In this document: positions 42,721-52,948 of the stretch, in pieces
How the letters are laid out: the number at the start of each line of letters is the position of its first letter
How positions within the stretch are numbered: the first letter of the stretch is position 1
From: Alphaproteobacteria bacterium
Lineage (GTDB): Bacteria; Pseudomonadota; Alphaproteobacteria; CALKHQ01
Assembly: GCA_965227515.1 (NCBI GenBank)
Contig: CBDDFZ010000001.1
Location: forward strand, 1,952,001-2,016,000
Length of the DNA stretch: 64,000 nt
Direction of reading: 5' to 3'
The notes under the pieces: model-generated
Database searches by the model: none
What the model saw: only the letters and a program-made list of their open reading frames with translations
Told to the model about the DNA's origin: nothing
Position numbers and translations under genes: made by a program

Positions 42721-43254
42721 ATGGCGCGGGGCCGGGGAGACATCGTTCAGCGCGGGCTGCACCGCTTCGACGAGGCGGTGCGCCAGACGATTCCGTTCGC
42801 CATCACCATGACGCTGTTGCTGGCGACGACATTGCCCTCGCCGGTGCCGTTCCTGGACGACATCGGCCCGGCCTGGGTGCTGATCGCGATCTTTCACTGG
42901 AGTGTGCGCCGGCCCGACCACATGCCGCTGACGGCCGTGTTTGTGCTCGGCATTCTGCAAGACCTGCTGCTCGGTTATCCGGTCGGTCCGAGTGCGCTGG
43001 TCTACGTGCTGATCCGCGCCAACGCGGCGCATCTGGCGGAATGGGCGGGCGGCCGGGGCATGGCCCGGATGTGGTGGATGTTCTGCGTCACCGCCGTGAT
43101 CGCCTGCACGGTGCATTGGCTGCTGGTGGTGATCCTGATGATGCAGTGGATTCCGCCGGTGCCGGCGCTGCTGCAATTGATGATGACGGTGGCGATCTAT
43201 CCAGTGGTCGGCTGGGTGCTGTCCCAGCTGCAGCGGGTCTTGACCCCGAACTAG
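42721..43254 (+). CDS. mreD: Rod shape-determining protein MreD
   Basis: Hydrophobic, W...RP..P, GILQDLL.G.P.G; position between mreC and mrdA. Confidence 0.88.
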   Translation: MARGRGDIVQRGLHRFDEAVRQTIPFAITMTLLLATTLPSPVPFLDDIGPAWVLIAIFHWSVRRPDHMPLTAVFVLGILQDLLLGYPVGPSALVYVLIRANAAHLAEWAGGRGMARMWWMFCVTAVIACTVHWLLVVILMMQWIPPVPALLQLMMTVAIYPVVGWVLSQLQRVLTPN

Positions 43255-43326
43255 CGCGGGAAGAATGTGGTGGCCGACATGACGATGGGGCGGTGAGACG
43301 TGCGTTTCCAACGCAAATCGCTGAAT

Positions 43327-45180
43327 ATGTTGAACATCAAGCTGCGAGCGGATCGCGACGAGACGCGGCACGGCAACTTCAAGCGGCGCACGGTGCTGAT
43401 CGCCGGCGGACAGGTTGCGATGTTCGGCGTGCTTGGCGCGCGCATGTACCAGCTCCAGATCGAGGATACCGACCGCTTCGTCACCCTAGCCGAGGACAAC
43501 CGCGTCAACATGCGGCTGATCCCGCCGCCGCGCGGCGACATTCTGGCCCGCCGCGGCGAACCCATCGCCACCAACGAGTTGAACTACCGGGTCCAGGTGG
43601 TGCCGGAGCAGGCCGGCGACGTGAAGGCGGTGCTGCGCACGCTGGCAGGCATCGTCGATGTGTCGATGGACCGGCAGGAACGCGTATTGGAGGAAGTGTC
43701 GCGCCAGCGCGGGTTCGTGCCGGTGACCGTGGTCGAGAACCTGACCTGGCAGCAGGTCGCGCGGATCGAGGTCAACGCGCCGGACCTGCCAGGTGTGTTC
43801 GTCGACCTGGGGTACCGCCGCATCTATCCGCAGGACACGTTTCTGGGCCACCTGACCGGATACGTGGCGCCGCCGCGGCCGGAGGACCTGAACGGCGACC
43901 CGCTGCTGGAGCTGCCTGACTTTCGCATGGGCCGCAACGGCCTGGAGCGGCACTACGATATGGAACTGCGCGGCACCGCCGGGGTGCGCCATGTCGAGGT
44001 CAATGCCGTCGGGCGGGTGATCCGTGAGCTGGCGCGCCAGGAGGGGGCGCCCGGCAAGACCGTTCAATTGACCGTGGATATCGGGCTGCAGCGCTATGTG
44101 ACCGAGCGCCTGGGCGAGGAAAGCGCGTCGGTCGTGGTGATGGACGTGCATTCCGGCGACGTTCTGGCGCTGGTCTCCAACCCCGGTTATGACCCGAACG
44201 CCTTCATTGGCGGCATTTCGGTGGACGACTGGACCGCGCTGATCGAGAACCCGCGCGCGCCGCTCAGCAACAAGGCGATCTCCGGCGTCTATTCGCCGGG
44301 CTCGACCTTCAAGATGGTGGTGGCCTTGGCCGGGCTGGAAACCGGCGTCATCGACGGCGGCACCGACATTTTCTGCCCCGGCCACTTCGACTATGGACCC
44401 AACCGGTTCCACTGCTGGAAGCGCGCCGGCCACGGCAAGATGAACATGATGCAGGCGATCCAGCAGTCCTGCGACGTCTATTTCTATGAGACCGCGCTGG
44501 AGATGGGCATCGACCGGCTGAACGAGATTGCCCGCCGTTACGGCTTTGGCGAGCCGCTTGGCATCGATCTGCCGGGCGAGCGCAGCGGGCTGATGCCGAC
44601 CAAGGCGTGGAAGGAAGAGCGGTTCAATCACTACTGGGTGCCGGGCGACACCATCAACGCCGGCATCGGCCAAGGCTATGTGAACTGCACGCCGCTGCAA
44701 CTGGCGGTGATGACCGCGCGCATCGTCAATGGCGGCTATGCCGTGGTGCCGCGCGTGGCGCACCCGGTTGACGGCGCCGCGATCGCCCGCGCACCGAAGA
44801 TCGACGTGCGCGAGGACTGGCTGCGCTGGATCAACGACGCGATGTCGATGGTCGTGAACAGCCGCGCCGGCACCGCCAACGACGCGCGCATCGAGGACGA
44901 GCGGATGGCGATGGGGGGCAAGACGGGCACCGTGCAGGTCCGCCGCATTACCCAGGCGGAACGGGCCGCCGGCATCATCCGCGACGAGGACCGGCCGTGG
45001 GAGCACCGCAACCACGCGCTGTTCGTCGGATACGCGCCAATACATAGCCCCCGGTTCGCGGTCTCGGTGGTGGTCGAGCACGGCGGTGGCGGCTCCACGA
45101 CGGCGGCGCCGATCGCGCGCGACGTGCTGATCGAGACTCAGAAGCGGCTGGGTCCGACCGAGTTGTCGCAAAACGGCTGA
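43327..45180 (+). CDS. mrdA: Penicillin-binding protein 2
   Basis: PGSTFK (SxxK), SCD (SxD) and GKTGT motifs. Confidence 0.95.
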   Translation: MLNIKLRADRDETRHGNFKRRTVLIAGGQVAMFGVLGARMYQLQIEDTDRFVTLAEDNRVNMRLIPPPRGDILARRGEPIATNELNYRVQVVPEQAGDVKAVLRTLAGIVDVSMDRQERVLEEVSRQRGFVPVTVVENLTWQQVARIEVNAPDLPGVFVDLGYRRIYPQDTFLGHLTGYVAPPRPEDLNGDPLLELPDFRMGRNGLERHYDMELRGTAGVRHVEVNAVGRVIRELARQEGAPGKTVQLTVDIGLQRYVTERLGEESASVVVMDVHSGDVLALVSNPGYDPNAFIGGISVDDWTALIENPRAPLSNKAISGVYSPGSTFKMVVALAGLETGVIDGGTDIFCPGHFDYGPNRFHCWKRAGHGKMNMMQAIQQSCDVYFYETALEMGIDRLNEIARRYGFGEPLGIDLPGERSGLMPTKAWKEERFNHYWVPGDTINAGIGQGYVNCTPLQLAVMTARIVNGGYAVVPRVAHPVDGAAIARAPKIDVREDWLRWINDAMSMVVNSRAGTANDARIEDERMAMGGKTGTVQVRRITQAERAAGIIRDEDRPWEHRNHALFVGYAPIHSPRFAVSVVVEHGGGGSTTAAPIARDVLIETQKRLGPTELSQNG

Positions 45181-45198
45181 TCGGACGGACCTTTCCCC

Positions 45199-46356
45199 AT
45201 GGCATTGAATGTCCATAACGGCCCGGAACAGCACCTGACGCTGGCGCGGCGCGTGCTTGGCCTGCACTGGGTGCTGCTGTTGCTGGTGGTCGCGATTACC
45301 GGCGCCGGTCTGGCAATGCTCTATTCGGCCGCCAACGGCGACGTCGACCCCTGGGCATCGCGCCAGGCCATGCGGTTCGCGATGTGTGTGGTGCTGACGC
45401 TCGCCATCGCGCTGATCGACATCCGCATTCTGCTGCGCATGGCCTACCTCATCTATTTCCTGACCTTCATCCTGCTGGTGGCGGTGGAGGTGATGGGCTC
45501 CATCGGCATGGGGGCGCAGCGCTGGATCGATCTCCAGGTCATCCGCCTGCAGCCGTCGGAGCTGATGAAGATCGCGCTGGTTCTGGCGGTGGCGCGCTAT
45601 TTCCATGGCTGTTCCGACGAGGACATGGGCAAGGTCAGGAAGCTGATCCTGCCGGTGCTGATGGTGATGGCGCCGGTGGCGCTGGTGCTGAAGCAGCCGG
45701 ACCTGGGCACCGCGGCGATGTTGGGTGTCGGCGCGCTGGCGCTGTTCTTCGTTGCCGGCGTGCGCCTGTGGATGTTCGGCGTCATTCTGCTGGCGGCCGC
45801 GGCGGGCGGGCCGATCGCCTGGAACTTCCTGCACGACTACCAGCGCCAGCGCATCCTGACCTTCCTGGAGCCGGAGAGCGACCCGCTGGGCGCCGGCTAT
45901 CACATCCTGCAATCCCAGATCGCGCTGGGATCGGGCGGGCTGACGGGCCGCGGGTTCCTGCAGGGCTCGCAAAGCCACCTGAGCTTCCTGCCCGAGAAGC
46001 ACACCGACTTCATCTTCACCATGCTGGGCGAGGAGTTCGGGCTGGTCGGCGGCGTGGCGCTGCTGGGCCTGTTCCTGTTCGTCCTGTTGCTATGCGCCGG
46101 CGTGGCAATGCGCGCGCGCAACCAGTTCGGCCGCCTGATCGCCATCGGCGTCTCGATCGTGCTGTTCCTCTATGTGTTCATCAACATCGCGATGGTGATG
46201 GGCCTGGTGCCGGTTGTCGGCGTGCCGCTGCCGCTGATTTCCTATGGCGGGACCGCGATGCTGACGATCATGATCGGCATCGGCCTGGTGCTGAACGTTC
46301 ACGTCAACCGTCATGTCCGGCTCGGCCGCCGCGCGGCCTCCGGCGAGGAAGACTGA
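45199..46356 (+). CDS. rodA: Rod shape-determining protein RodA
   Basis: GAQRWI, QPSELMK, QPDLGT, PEKHTDFIF and LPLISYGGT. Confidence 0.96.
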   Translation: MALNVHNGPEQHLTLARRVLGLHWVLLLLVVAITGAGLAMLYSAANGDVDPWASRQAMRFAMCVVLTLAIALIDIRILLRMAYLIYFLTFILLVAVEVMGSIGMGAQRWIDLQVIRLQPSELMKIALVLAVARYFHGCSDEDMGKVRKLILPVLMVMAPVALVLKQPDLGTAAMLGVGALALFFVAGVRLWMFGVILLAAAAGGPIAWNFLHDYQRQRILTFLEPESDPLGAGYHILQSQIALGSGGLTGRGFLQGSQSHLSFLPEKHTDFIFTMLGEEFGLVGGVALLGLFLFVLLLCAGVAMRARNQFGRLIAIGVSIVLFLYVFINIAMVMGLVPVVGVPLPLISYGGTAMLTIMIGIGLVLNVHVNRHVRLGRRAASGEED

Positions 46357-46360
46357 CCAT

Positions 46361-47983
46361 ATGCGAAACTTGCAGGCCTCTGCTGGTGTCCTGGCCGCTG
46401 CATCGCTCGCGCTAATGGTAGCCGGCGGCACGGCCGCTGCTCAGACCGAGGCGCCTGCGCAATGGTGCGCCGAAGAGGCCGAGGCCTGTGAAGCAATGGC
46501 TACGGCTGTCGCGTACGTCCAGACCATCGTGGAGCCAAAGGAGAAAGCACAGGGTTGGGCGGAGGTCGGGAGCGGATGGGTCTTGCTCGGTCATGCCGAC
46601 CTGGCGGAAGCGGCGTTCGTGCGGGCCCATGCCGCCGTGGACGAACTCCACGAGTACGCAGGCGACCAGTATGACGCGATCGCGGCAATCGTGGCCGCTC
46701 AGGGCGCGTACGGCGCTGACGAAGCGGCACGGCAATCGGTTGCGCGCGCGCTCGAACTGTTCGCGACATTCGAGTCCGAGAGCATCGTGAGCCGAGCGGC
46801 GACAAATCTGTTCAAGACCTTGGCCAATGCCGGGCTGTGGGAAGATGCGCTGGCTGTCGACGCATGGCATCAAGACGAAGATGACCATTTTTCCCGGTTG
46901 GCGGAACTTGCCAGCATCTATGCGGGCGCCGGCGAAGACGAGCGGGCCAACGAGGTGCTCGACCAAATACAAAGGGAGTCTGAAACCGAGATCACCGGCT
47001 CCAACTATTTTCGCGCCTTGGTTGATTTGGGCCGATGGGAGGAGGCCATGGCGCTCGCCCGTCGAGACTTCGACGCGAACGTCGTCGTTGGCATTGGTGA
47101 CCTGATGGCGATAGCTGGCGCGCAGGCAGACAGCGGCATGACCGAACAGCCGTTGGCACTGGTCGATGAGGCGCTCGCTCTGGTGGACCAGTTCGCCGCC
47201 CTCGCGCCCGCTGGCACGCCGAAGTCGACCATCGCCATCGCCGCGGTCCTGGCATTGTCCGAAATCGCGGCGACACAGGCGGTGATCGGCCAGGATGAGG
47301 GGGCAACTCAGTCGTTCGAGACCGCGCTGGACTTGTTGTCGACGTTGTCGGACGAAGAAATCGAGGAGTCCAGGTTCGGCAATCCATACAATTGGCTCAT
47401 ACGGAGCTTGGCCGGTGCCGGATATGTCTCCTGGGCGATCGACATTGCTGGCGCCGAATTAAGCGGTTACGACCAGTACTCGGCGTACCGCACGATTCCG
47501 AGCGCCGTGCCAGACGTTGCCTCCTGGTCCGCGGCCATGGATGCCGTCGCGGACATGGACGATGCCAGCGTTCGCGCGAAAATGCTCGCCACTGCGGCTG
47601 TCGAGTACGCTAAGGCAGGCCTGGACGATGACGCGGATAGCCTACTGTTGGAGGCGATCGAGGCCGCTGAGATCTTGGTTGCCGAGGGCGATATCAGCGA
47701 TGGTTCGATTGCCTACGACACCGTCGCGTTGGCCATGGTCGATATGGGCATGATCGACCGGGCCGCCATGTTGGCTGACCAGTCGCCGGGCGGTTTCACG
47801 GGGCCGATCTGGAAAGAGCTGATCATAGCCTGGACCGAGGCTGGCGAGATTGAGAAGGCGGAAGCGGCACTGGTCCATATTGCGCATCCCATCAGTGTGT
47901 CCGAAACGGCGGTCGTGTTGGCGCGGGCCTACATCGAGATGGCATTGACCGCCGCAGGCGTCGACCGGCTCGAGGTGGACTGA
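46361..47983 (+). CDS. Secreted acidic alpha-helical repeat (TPR-like) hypothetical protein
   Basis: Signal peptide; recurring Ala-rich helical repeats such as AxAGxxxxA. Confidence 0.7.
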   Translation: MRNLQASAGVLAAASLALMVAGGTAAAQTEAPAQWCAEEAEACEAMATAVAYVQTIVEPKEKAQGWAEVGSGWVLLGHADLAEAAFVRAHAAVDELHEYAGDQYDAIAAIVAAQGAYGADEAARQSVARALELFATFESESIVSRAATNLFKTLANAGLWEDALAVDAWHQDEDDHFSRLAELASIYAGAGEDERANEVLDQIQRESETEITGSNYFRALVDLGRWEEAMALARRDFDANVVVGIGDLMAIAGAQADSGMTEQPLALVDEALALVDQFAALAPAGTPKSTIAIAAVLALSEIAATQAVIGQDEGATQSFETALDLLSTLSDEEIEESRFGNPYNWLIRSLAGAGYVSWAIDIAGAELSGYDQYSAYRTIPSAVPDVASWSAAMDAVADMDDASVRAKMLATAAVEYAKAGLDDDADSLLLEAIEAAEILVAEGDISDGSIAYDTVALAMVDMGMIDRAAMLADQSPGGFTGPIWKELIIAWTEAGEIEKAEAALVHIAHPISVSETAVVLARAYIEMALTAAGVDRLEVD

Positions 47984-47996
47984 CTGGCCTGGTGGA

Positions 47997-48467
47997 TTAG
48001 GACCGCCAAAACTCTCGGTGCGGCGCGATAAGCTCATCCTCGATCTCGGGGAAGGGGCCGTGCACCGCGATGTCCTTCTGCCCGTGGCCCAGCACGGTGC
48101 GGCAGGGCAGGTCCATGGTCGGGTTCGCGTCGTGGTTGCCGGTCAGGGCGAGCAGCTTGGCTTCCTCAAAGCCATAGACCAGGCGGCCGATATTCGCCCA
48201 ATAGAGCGTACCGGTGCACATGGCGCATGGCTCGCAGGTGGTGACCAGCGTGCAGGTCCACAGGTAGTCGGGCGCGTAGGCGGTTGCGGCGCGCCGGGCG
48301 AGTTCGGTCTCGGCATGACGCACGGTGTCGATGTTGGCCTGCCGCATCAGGATGGCGTCGTCGGGACCGGCCAGCACCGCGCCGAACGGATGATGGCCAT
48401 GCTCGGCCGCGCTACGGGCAACCGCATTGGCCGTGCGCAAGTGGGCGATCATCCGGTCGCGGGTCAT
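47997..48467 (-). CDS. Nucleoside/nucleobase deaminase (CDA/TadA-like)
   Basis: PFGAVL, HAE and EPCAMC zinc motifs. Confidence 0.9.
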   Translation of the reverse strand: MTRDRMIAHLRTANAVARSAAEHGHHPFGAVLAGPDDAILMRQANIDTVRHAETELARRAATAYAPDYLWTCTLVTTCEPCAMCTGTLYWANIGRLVYGFEEAKLLALTGNHDANPTMDLPCRTVLGHGQKDIAVHGPFPEIEDELIAPHREFWRS

Positions 48468-48491
48468 GCCGGGTGCCTGATCGAAAAAGCT

Positions 48492-49676
48492 CTAGTACCG
48501 GCTGTCGCAGGTCAGCTCGAGTTCCCAATAGATCAACTGGGTCATCAACGGCACCCACCCGCCGCGATCGAAGGCCGTCATCATCGGCGCGGTCACCGCG
48601 AACGGATCCTCGGCGTAGGGACCCTCGGCGATATGGAACAGCATGTCGCCCATGTTGTCGAACGGCGGCCGTTCGCCGGCCAGATAGTCGAAGTCGAACA
48701 TATGCAATCGTTCGATGGCGACGACGATCAGTTGGTCGTCCTGCCCGAAGATCGGCTCGGCAGGCTCCAGCGTTTCGGCAAATGAGACGAAGTTGGGAAA
48801 CTGGTCCACACGCGCTTGCAGGAGCTGGCCGAGGAGGCGCTCCGACTCCGCAACCGCGTTCATCCAGTACGCGAACAGGCCGCCCAGCCCGCGCGCCTGC
48901 ATCTCCTGCCAAGTGTCGATTGCGCCTTCCACCCCCCTGATCTGCCGGGCGACCTCCTCCTTCGCCGCGTCCGAGAACAGGTAGTCCTCACCGGCAACCA
49001 GGGTCTCGGCGATGGGCCACAGGCACTCGTAGTGCAGGCCGATGCTGATCTCGGCAACGGCAGCCAGCAGGCCGACCATGCGGGCCACGTCCGGATCCGT
49101 GCGCACATAGGAGTGGACGACACCGTTCAGGTCCTGCACCGCCAGCGTCGCGTCGTCCAATGTCACGATCCGGATCTGCGCGGTGCCGACCGCCGTCCCC
49201 GTGGCTTGCTGGAAGGGGCTGTAGCGGATGACCTGGTCGGCGTCCTGCCCGGTGCGTAGCGCCAGGGCCGGCTCGTTCAGGGTCGGTGCAAACACGTCCG
49301 GCTCCCATGTCCAGACATCGGCGCCGGTGTCGAGCCGTCCGGTGACCGTGATGCGCCGCGTATTGACCAGGTCCAGCTTGCCGAAGTCGGTGACCTGCCG
49401 GTCCCAGTGGTAGTACTCGCTGACCAGGATGTTCAGCATCGATTCCGGCATGGGCAGCAAGTGCTGGTAACCGATCTCGAGTTCCTGCGCGCCCAGCATC
49501 GAACGGCTGACCTTCACGTACTCGATGATGGGAATGATGATGCCGTCGTCGACCAGCCGGAAATCGTCAGTCGACAGATAGAACGCGCCGGGCGAATCCG
49601 ACTGCGCATGGCCCGCGGTGGGCAGCGCAAGCGCAGCGGTTAGTGCAAGTGCGGTGAAGTGCAGTCGGCGCGGCAT
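48492..49676 (-). CDS. Secreted hypothetical protein
   Basis: Signal peptide ending GHA-Q; 394-aa protein-like ORF. Confidence 0.65.
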   Translation of the reverse strand: MPRRLHFTALALTAALALPTAGHAQSDSPGAFYLSTDDFRLVDDGIIIPIIEYVKVSRSMLGAQELEIGYQHLLPMPESMLNILVSEYYHWDRQVTDFGKLDLVNTRRITVTGRLDTGADVWTWEPDVFAPTLNEPALALRTGQDADQVIRYSPFQQATGTAVGTAQIRIVTLDDATLAVQDLNGVVHSYVRTDPDVARMVGLLAAVAEISIGLHYECLWPIAETLVAGEDYLFSDAAKEEVARQIRGVEGAIDTWQEMQARGLGGLFAYWMNAVAESERLLGQLLQARVDQFPNFVSFAETLEPAEPIFGQDDQLIVVAIERLHMFDFDYLAGERPPFDNMGDMLFHIAEGPYAEDPFAVTAPMMTAFDRGGWVPLMTQLIYWELELTCDSRY

Positions 49677-49754
49677 GGCATGGGCTCGCAGAGTGTGCAG
49701 GGAGCCTCAGCCTATGCCGGTTCCAGTGCAGCGTCCATGCGCTGCATGGGTGGG

Positions 49755-50585
49755 TTACTTCAGGTTCGCTTGCATCCGGTCCAGGTCGTCGATCGCAGCC
49801 GCGCCGTAGCGTGCGACCAGGGCTGCCAGGCTATTGTCGTCGCGCCGGCGCTGGAACAAATCCTCGAACAGCAGCGCGAACACCGCGCTGAACGCGCGGG
49901 CATCCATCACGCAGGTTGCGTGGGAGAGATTGCCATGCGAATCCGGGCCGTCCGGCACCACCTGGTGGCGGTCGACCACGCCCAGGAACCAGTCGCGCCG
50001 CTTGGCGAAGTCGCGGAAGTAGGGCAGCACAGACATCAGCACGTCGTCGACGTGGGTGCGGGCATCCGCGTTGGCACGCATGCGCTCCCACAGTTCGGAC
50101 GCCGTGTTGTGGATTTGCAGCTCGACGATCAGGTCGACGCAGGCCTGCCGGGCGCGGGCCCAAAGGTCGCCCGGCACCATGGTTGCCATCGCAGACATGA
50201 AACCGCCGATCACCTGGCGGTTGACGCGGTATTGACCGTCGCTCATTTCCCCGCCGGCATGGCCGTACGGAGCCAGTATGTCTTCGAACCGCTCGATCAG
50301 CAGGCGCTGCAGCGGGGCAGTGCGCCTGTCCGGCATGTCCTCGCCGGGCCGGGTCCAGCCGGCCGCGCGCCACAGCTTCTCGTAGGTCTCGTCCAGCCCC
50401 ACCGGGTGGGCGTTGAACTTGGTCGCGAACGCCTTCAGCTGTGCCGGCGTGACCGGCTGCTCGCCAGCCATGCGCTCGACGAATGCGACGAATGCGTCAA
50501 TGGCATGGTGGCCAACCAGGTGGCACCATTCCGGGCCGGACTTCGGCCCATCCATCGTCATCACCGTGGAGTCAGCGGTCTGCAT
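49755..50585 (-). CDS. Hypothetical protein
   Basis: 276-aa ORF with GAGG RBS and protein-like composition. Confidence 0.65.
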   Translation of the reverse strand: MQTADSTVMTMDGPKSGPEWCHLVGHHAIDAFVAFVERMAGEQPVTPAQLKAFATKFNAHPVGLDETYEKLWRAAGWTRPGEDMPDRRTAPLQRLLIERFEDILAPYGHAGGEMSDGQYRVNRQVIGGFMSAMATMVPGDLWARARQACVDLIVELQIHNTASELWERMRANADARTHVDDVLMSVLPYFRDFAKRRDWFLGVVDRHQVVPDGPDSHGNLSHATCVMDARAFSAVFALLFEDLFQRRRDDNSLAALVARYGAAAIDDLDRMQANLK

Positions 50586-50726
50586 TGTTGCGCCTCATCC
50601 GATTGATTTGCATAACCGCAAATCTCCGCTATCTACTTGCGCCGGTGCGGGGCGGTCCGGGCTCGGTTCTCGTCAGCGCGCGGGCGCACCCTATCTGACG
50701 TGAAACGCGCTAAGTTTTCGTAAACC

Positions 50727-52415
50727 GTGACGGATGCGGATTCCGCCAGCCAGCCCATGACCGACCGCCTCAAGATCGCCATTGCCCAGTTGAACCCGGT
50801 CGTCGGCGATATCGACGGCAATGTCGCCAAGCTACTGGCGGCGCGCGATGCGGCGCCGGACGCGGACATCATATGTGCCGGCGAGCTGGTGCTCAGCGGC
50901 TATCCGCCCGAGGACCTGGTGCTGAAGCCGGTGTTCATGGAGCGCCTGGCCCAGGCCGTGGACAAGGTGGCGGCGGCCACCAAGGATGGCGGGCCGGCGG
51001 TGCTGGTGACCGTGCCGTGGCGGCATGACGCCCTGACCTACAACGCCGTGGTGGCGGTGGACGCGGGCGAGATCGTCGGCTGGCGCGCCAAGGTGCACCT
51101 GCCCAACACCCACGTGTTCGACGAGGTGCGCACGTTCGCCCATGGGCCGATGCCGGGGCCGCTCAGCCTGCGCGGCGTCCGGCTGGGGGTGCCGATCTGC
51201 GAGGACATCTGGCACGAGGACGTGGTGGAATGCCTGCAGGAGGCTGGGGCGGAACTGCTGATCGTGCCCAACGGCTCGCCGTGGGAGATCGACAAGCACG
51301 ACCTGCGCCTCAGCCTGACGGTCAGCCGGGTGACCGAGAGCGGCCTGCCGATGATCTACATCAACCAGGTTGGCGGCCAGGACGAGCTGGTGTTCGACGG
51401 CGCCTCGTTCGCGCTCAACGCCGACCGCTCGCTCGCCGTGCAATGCCCGTCGTGGCAGGAGGCGGTGATCACCACCGAATGGCGGCGTGGCGATGATGGG
51501 GGGTGGCACTGCGATCCGGGGCCGATGGTGCCGCCGGACGAGGGACTTGGGGCGATCTACCAGGCGATGACCATCGGCCTGCGCGACTATGTCGACAAGA
51601 ACCGCTTCCCCGGCGTGGTGCTGGGCCTGTCCGGCGGCATCGACAGCGCACTGTCGGCGGCGGTTGCGGTCGACGCGCTGGGGCCGGATCGGGTGCACAC
51701 CATCATGATGCCGTCGCCCTACACCAGCCAAGAAAGCCTGGACGACGCGGCCGGCGTCGCCGAATTCCTCGGCATCAGGCTCGACGAAATAAACATCGGC
51801 CCCGGCATGCAGGCGGTGGAGGGCATGGTCACGCCGCTGTTCAATGGCGCGGCGCCCGACACCACCGAAGAGAACATCCAGAGCCGGCTGCGCGGGCTGA
51901 CCCTGATGGCGATCTCCAACAAGCTCGGGCCGATGGTGCTCTCCACCGGCAACAAGTCGGAGATGGCGGTCGGCTACGCCACCCTCTATGGCGATATGTG
52001 CGGCGGCTACTCGGTGCTGAAGGACGTCTACAAGTCGACTGTGTTCGCGCTGTCGCGCTGGCGCAACCAGCACCATCCCGAGGGTGCGCGCGGGCCAGCC
52101 GGCCGGGTGATGCCGGAGCGGGTGATCGACAAGCCGCCTTCGGCCGAGCTGAAGCCGGACCAGACCGACCAGGACACGCTGCCGCCCTATGACGAGCTGG
52201 ACGACATTCTTGAGCGCCTGATCGAGCACGAGGAAGGCGTCGACGACATCTCCGGGCGCGGCCACGACCCGGCGGTCGTGCGGCGGGTGTGGCGGATGCT
52301 GGACCTGGCCGAGTACAAGCGCCGGCAGGCGCCGCCGGGGGTGAAGATCACGCCGCGCTCGTTCGGCAAGGAGCGCCGCTACCCGATCACCAATCGCTTC
52401 CGCAACCACATCTGA
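50727..52415 (+). CDS. nadE: Glutamine-dependent NAD+ synthetase
   Basis: Nitrilase domain (GYPPEDL, ICEDIW) plus LGLSGGIDS, TGNKSE, YATLYGD and EYKRRQAPPG. Confidence 0.96.
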   Translation: MTDADSASQPMTDRLKIAIAQLNPVVGDIDGNVAKLLAARDAAPDADIICAGELVLSGYPPEDLVLKPVFMERLAQAVDKVAAATKDGGPAVLVTVPWRHDALTYNAVVAVDAGEIVGWRAKVHLPNTHVFDEVRTFAHGPMPGPLSLRGVRLGVPICEDIWHEDVVECLQEAGAELLIVPNGSPWEIDKHDLRLSLTVSRVTESGLPMIYINQVGGQDELVFDGASFALNADRSLAVQCPSWQEAVITTEWRRGDDGGWHCDPGPMVPPDEGLGAIYQAMTIGLRDYVDKNRFPGVVLGLSGGIDSALSAAVAVDALGPDRVHTIMMPSPYTSQESLDDAAGVAEFLGIRLDEINIGPGMQAVEGMVTPLFNGAAPDTTEENIQSRLRGLTLMAISNKLGPMVLSTGNKSEMAVGYATLYGDMCGGYSVLKDVYKSTVFALSRWRNQHHPEGARGPAGRVMPERVIDKPPSAELKPDQTDQDTLPPYDELDDILERLIEHEEGVDDISGRGHDPAVVRRVWRMLDLAEYKRRQAPPGVKITPRSFGKERRYPITNRFRNHI

Positions 52416-52423
52416 GGCCGGCC

Positions 52424-52948
52424 TTGCCCGATCTCTCTACGGCGCATCGCATGGCGGCCTACATGGCGTGGGCCGACGACGTGATGCTGAACAACGCCGC
52501 CCAGTTGCCGGAAGCGGAGCTGATGGCGCCGCGCGACGCCCTGTTCGGCAGCATCGCCGGCACCTTCGACCACATCCTGGTGGTGGCGGAGATCTTCAGG
52601 GCGCACCTGGAGGGCACCGGCCACCCGCACCGCGCGCGCTACCGCAGCGAGACGCTGCCATTCGCGGAGGTTGCGCAGCGGCTGCGCCAGATGAACGAGC
52701 ATTACGTCGGCCTCGCGCGGGCCTGGACCCCGGCCGAGTTGGCGGAAACCATCGCGTTCGAGTTCATCGGCGGCGGGGCCGGCGCGATGACGCGGGAGGA
52801 CATTCTGCTCCACCTGGTCAACCACGCGACCTACCACCGCGGGTTCGTCAGCACACTGCTCTACCCGTTCAAGACCAAGGGCGCGCCGACCGACCTGACG
52901 GTGTTCCTGCGCGACATCTGGCCGAAAGTTAGCGCCGTATTCAGTTAA
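52424..52948 (+). CDS. DinB family protein
   Basis: YMAWAD, FGSI.GT..H and HLVNHATYHRG. Confidence 0.88.
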   Translation: MPDLSTAHRMAAYMAWADDVMLNNAAQLPEAELMAPRDALFGSIAGTFDHILVVAEIFRAHLEGTGHPHRARYRSETLPFAEVAQRLRQMNEHYVGLARAWTPAELAETIAFEFIGGGAGAMTREDILLHLVNHATYHRGFVSTLLYPFKTKGAPTDLTVFLRDIWPKVSAVFS

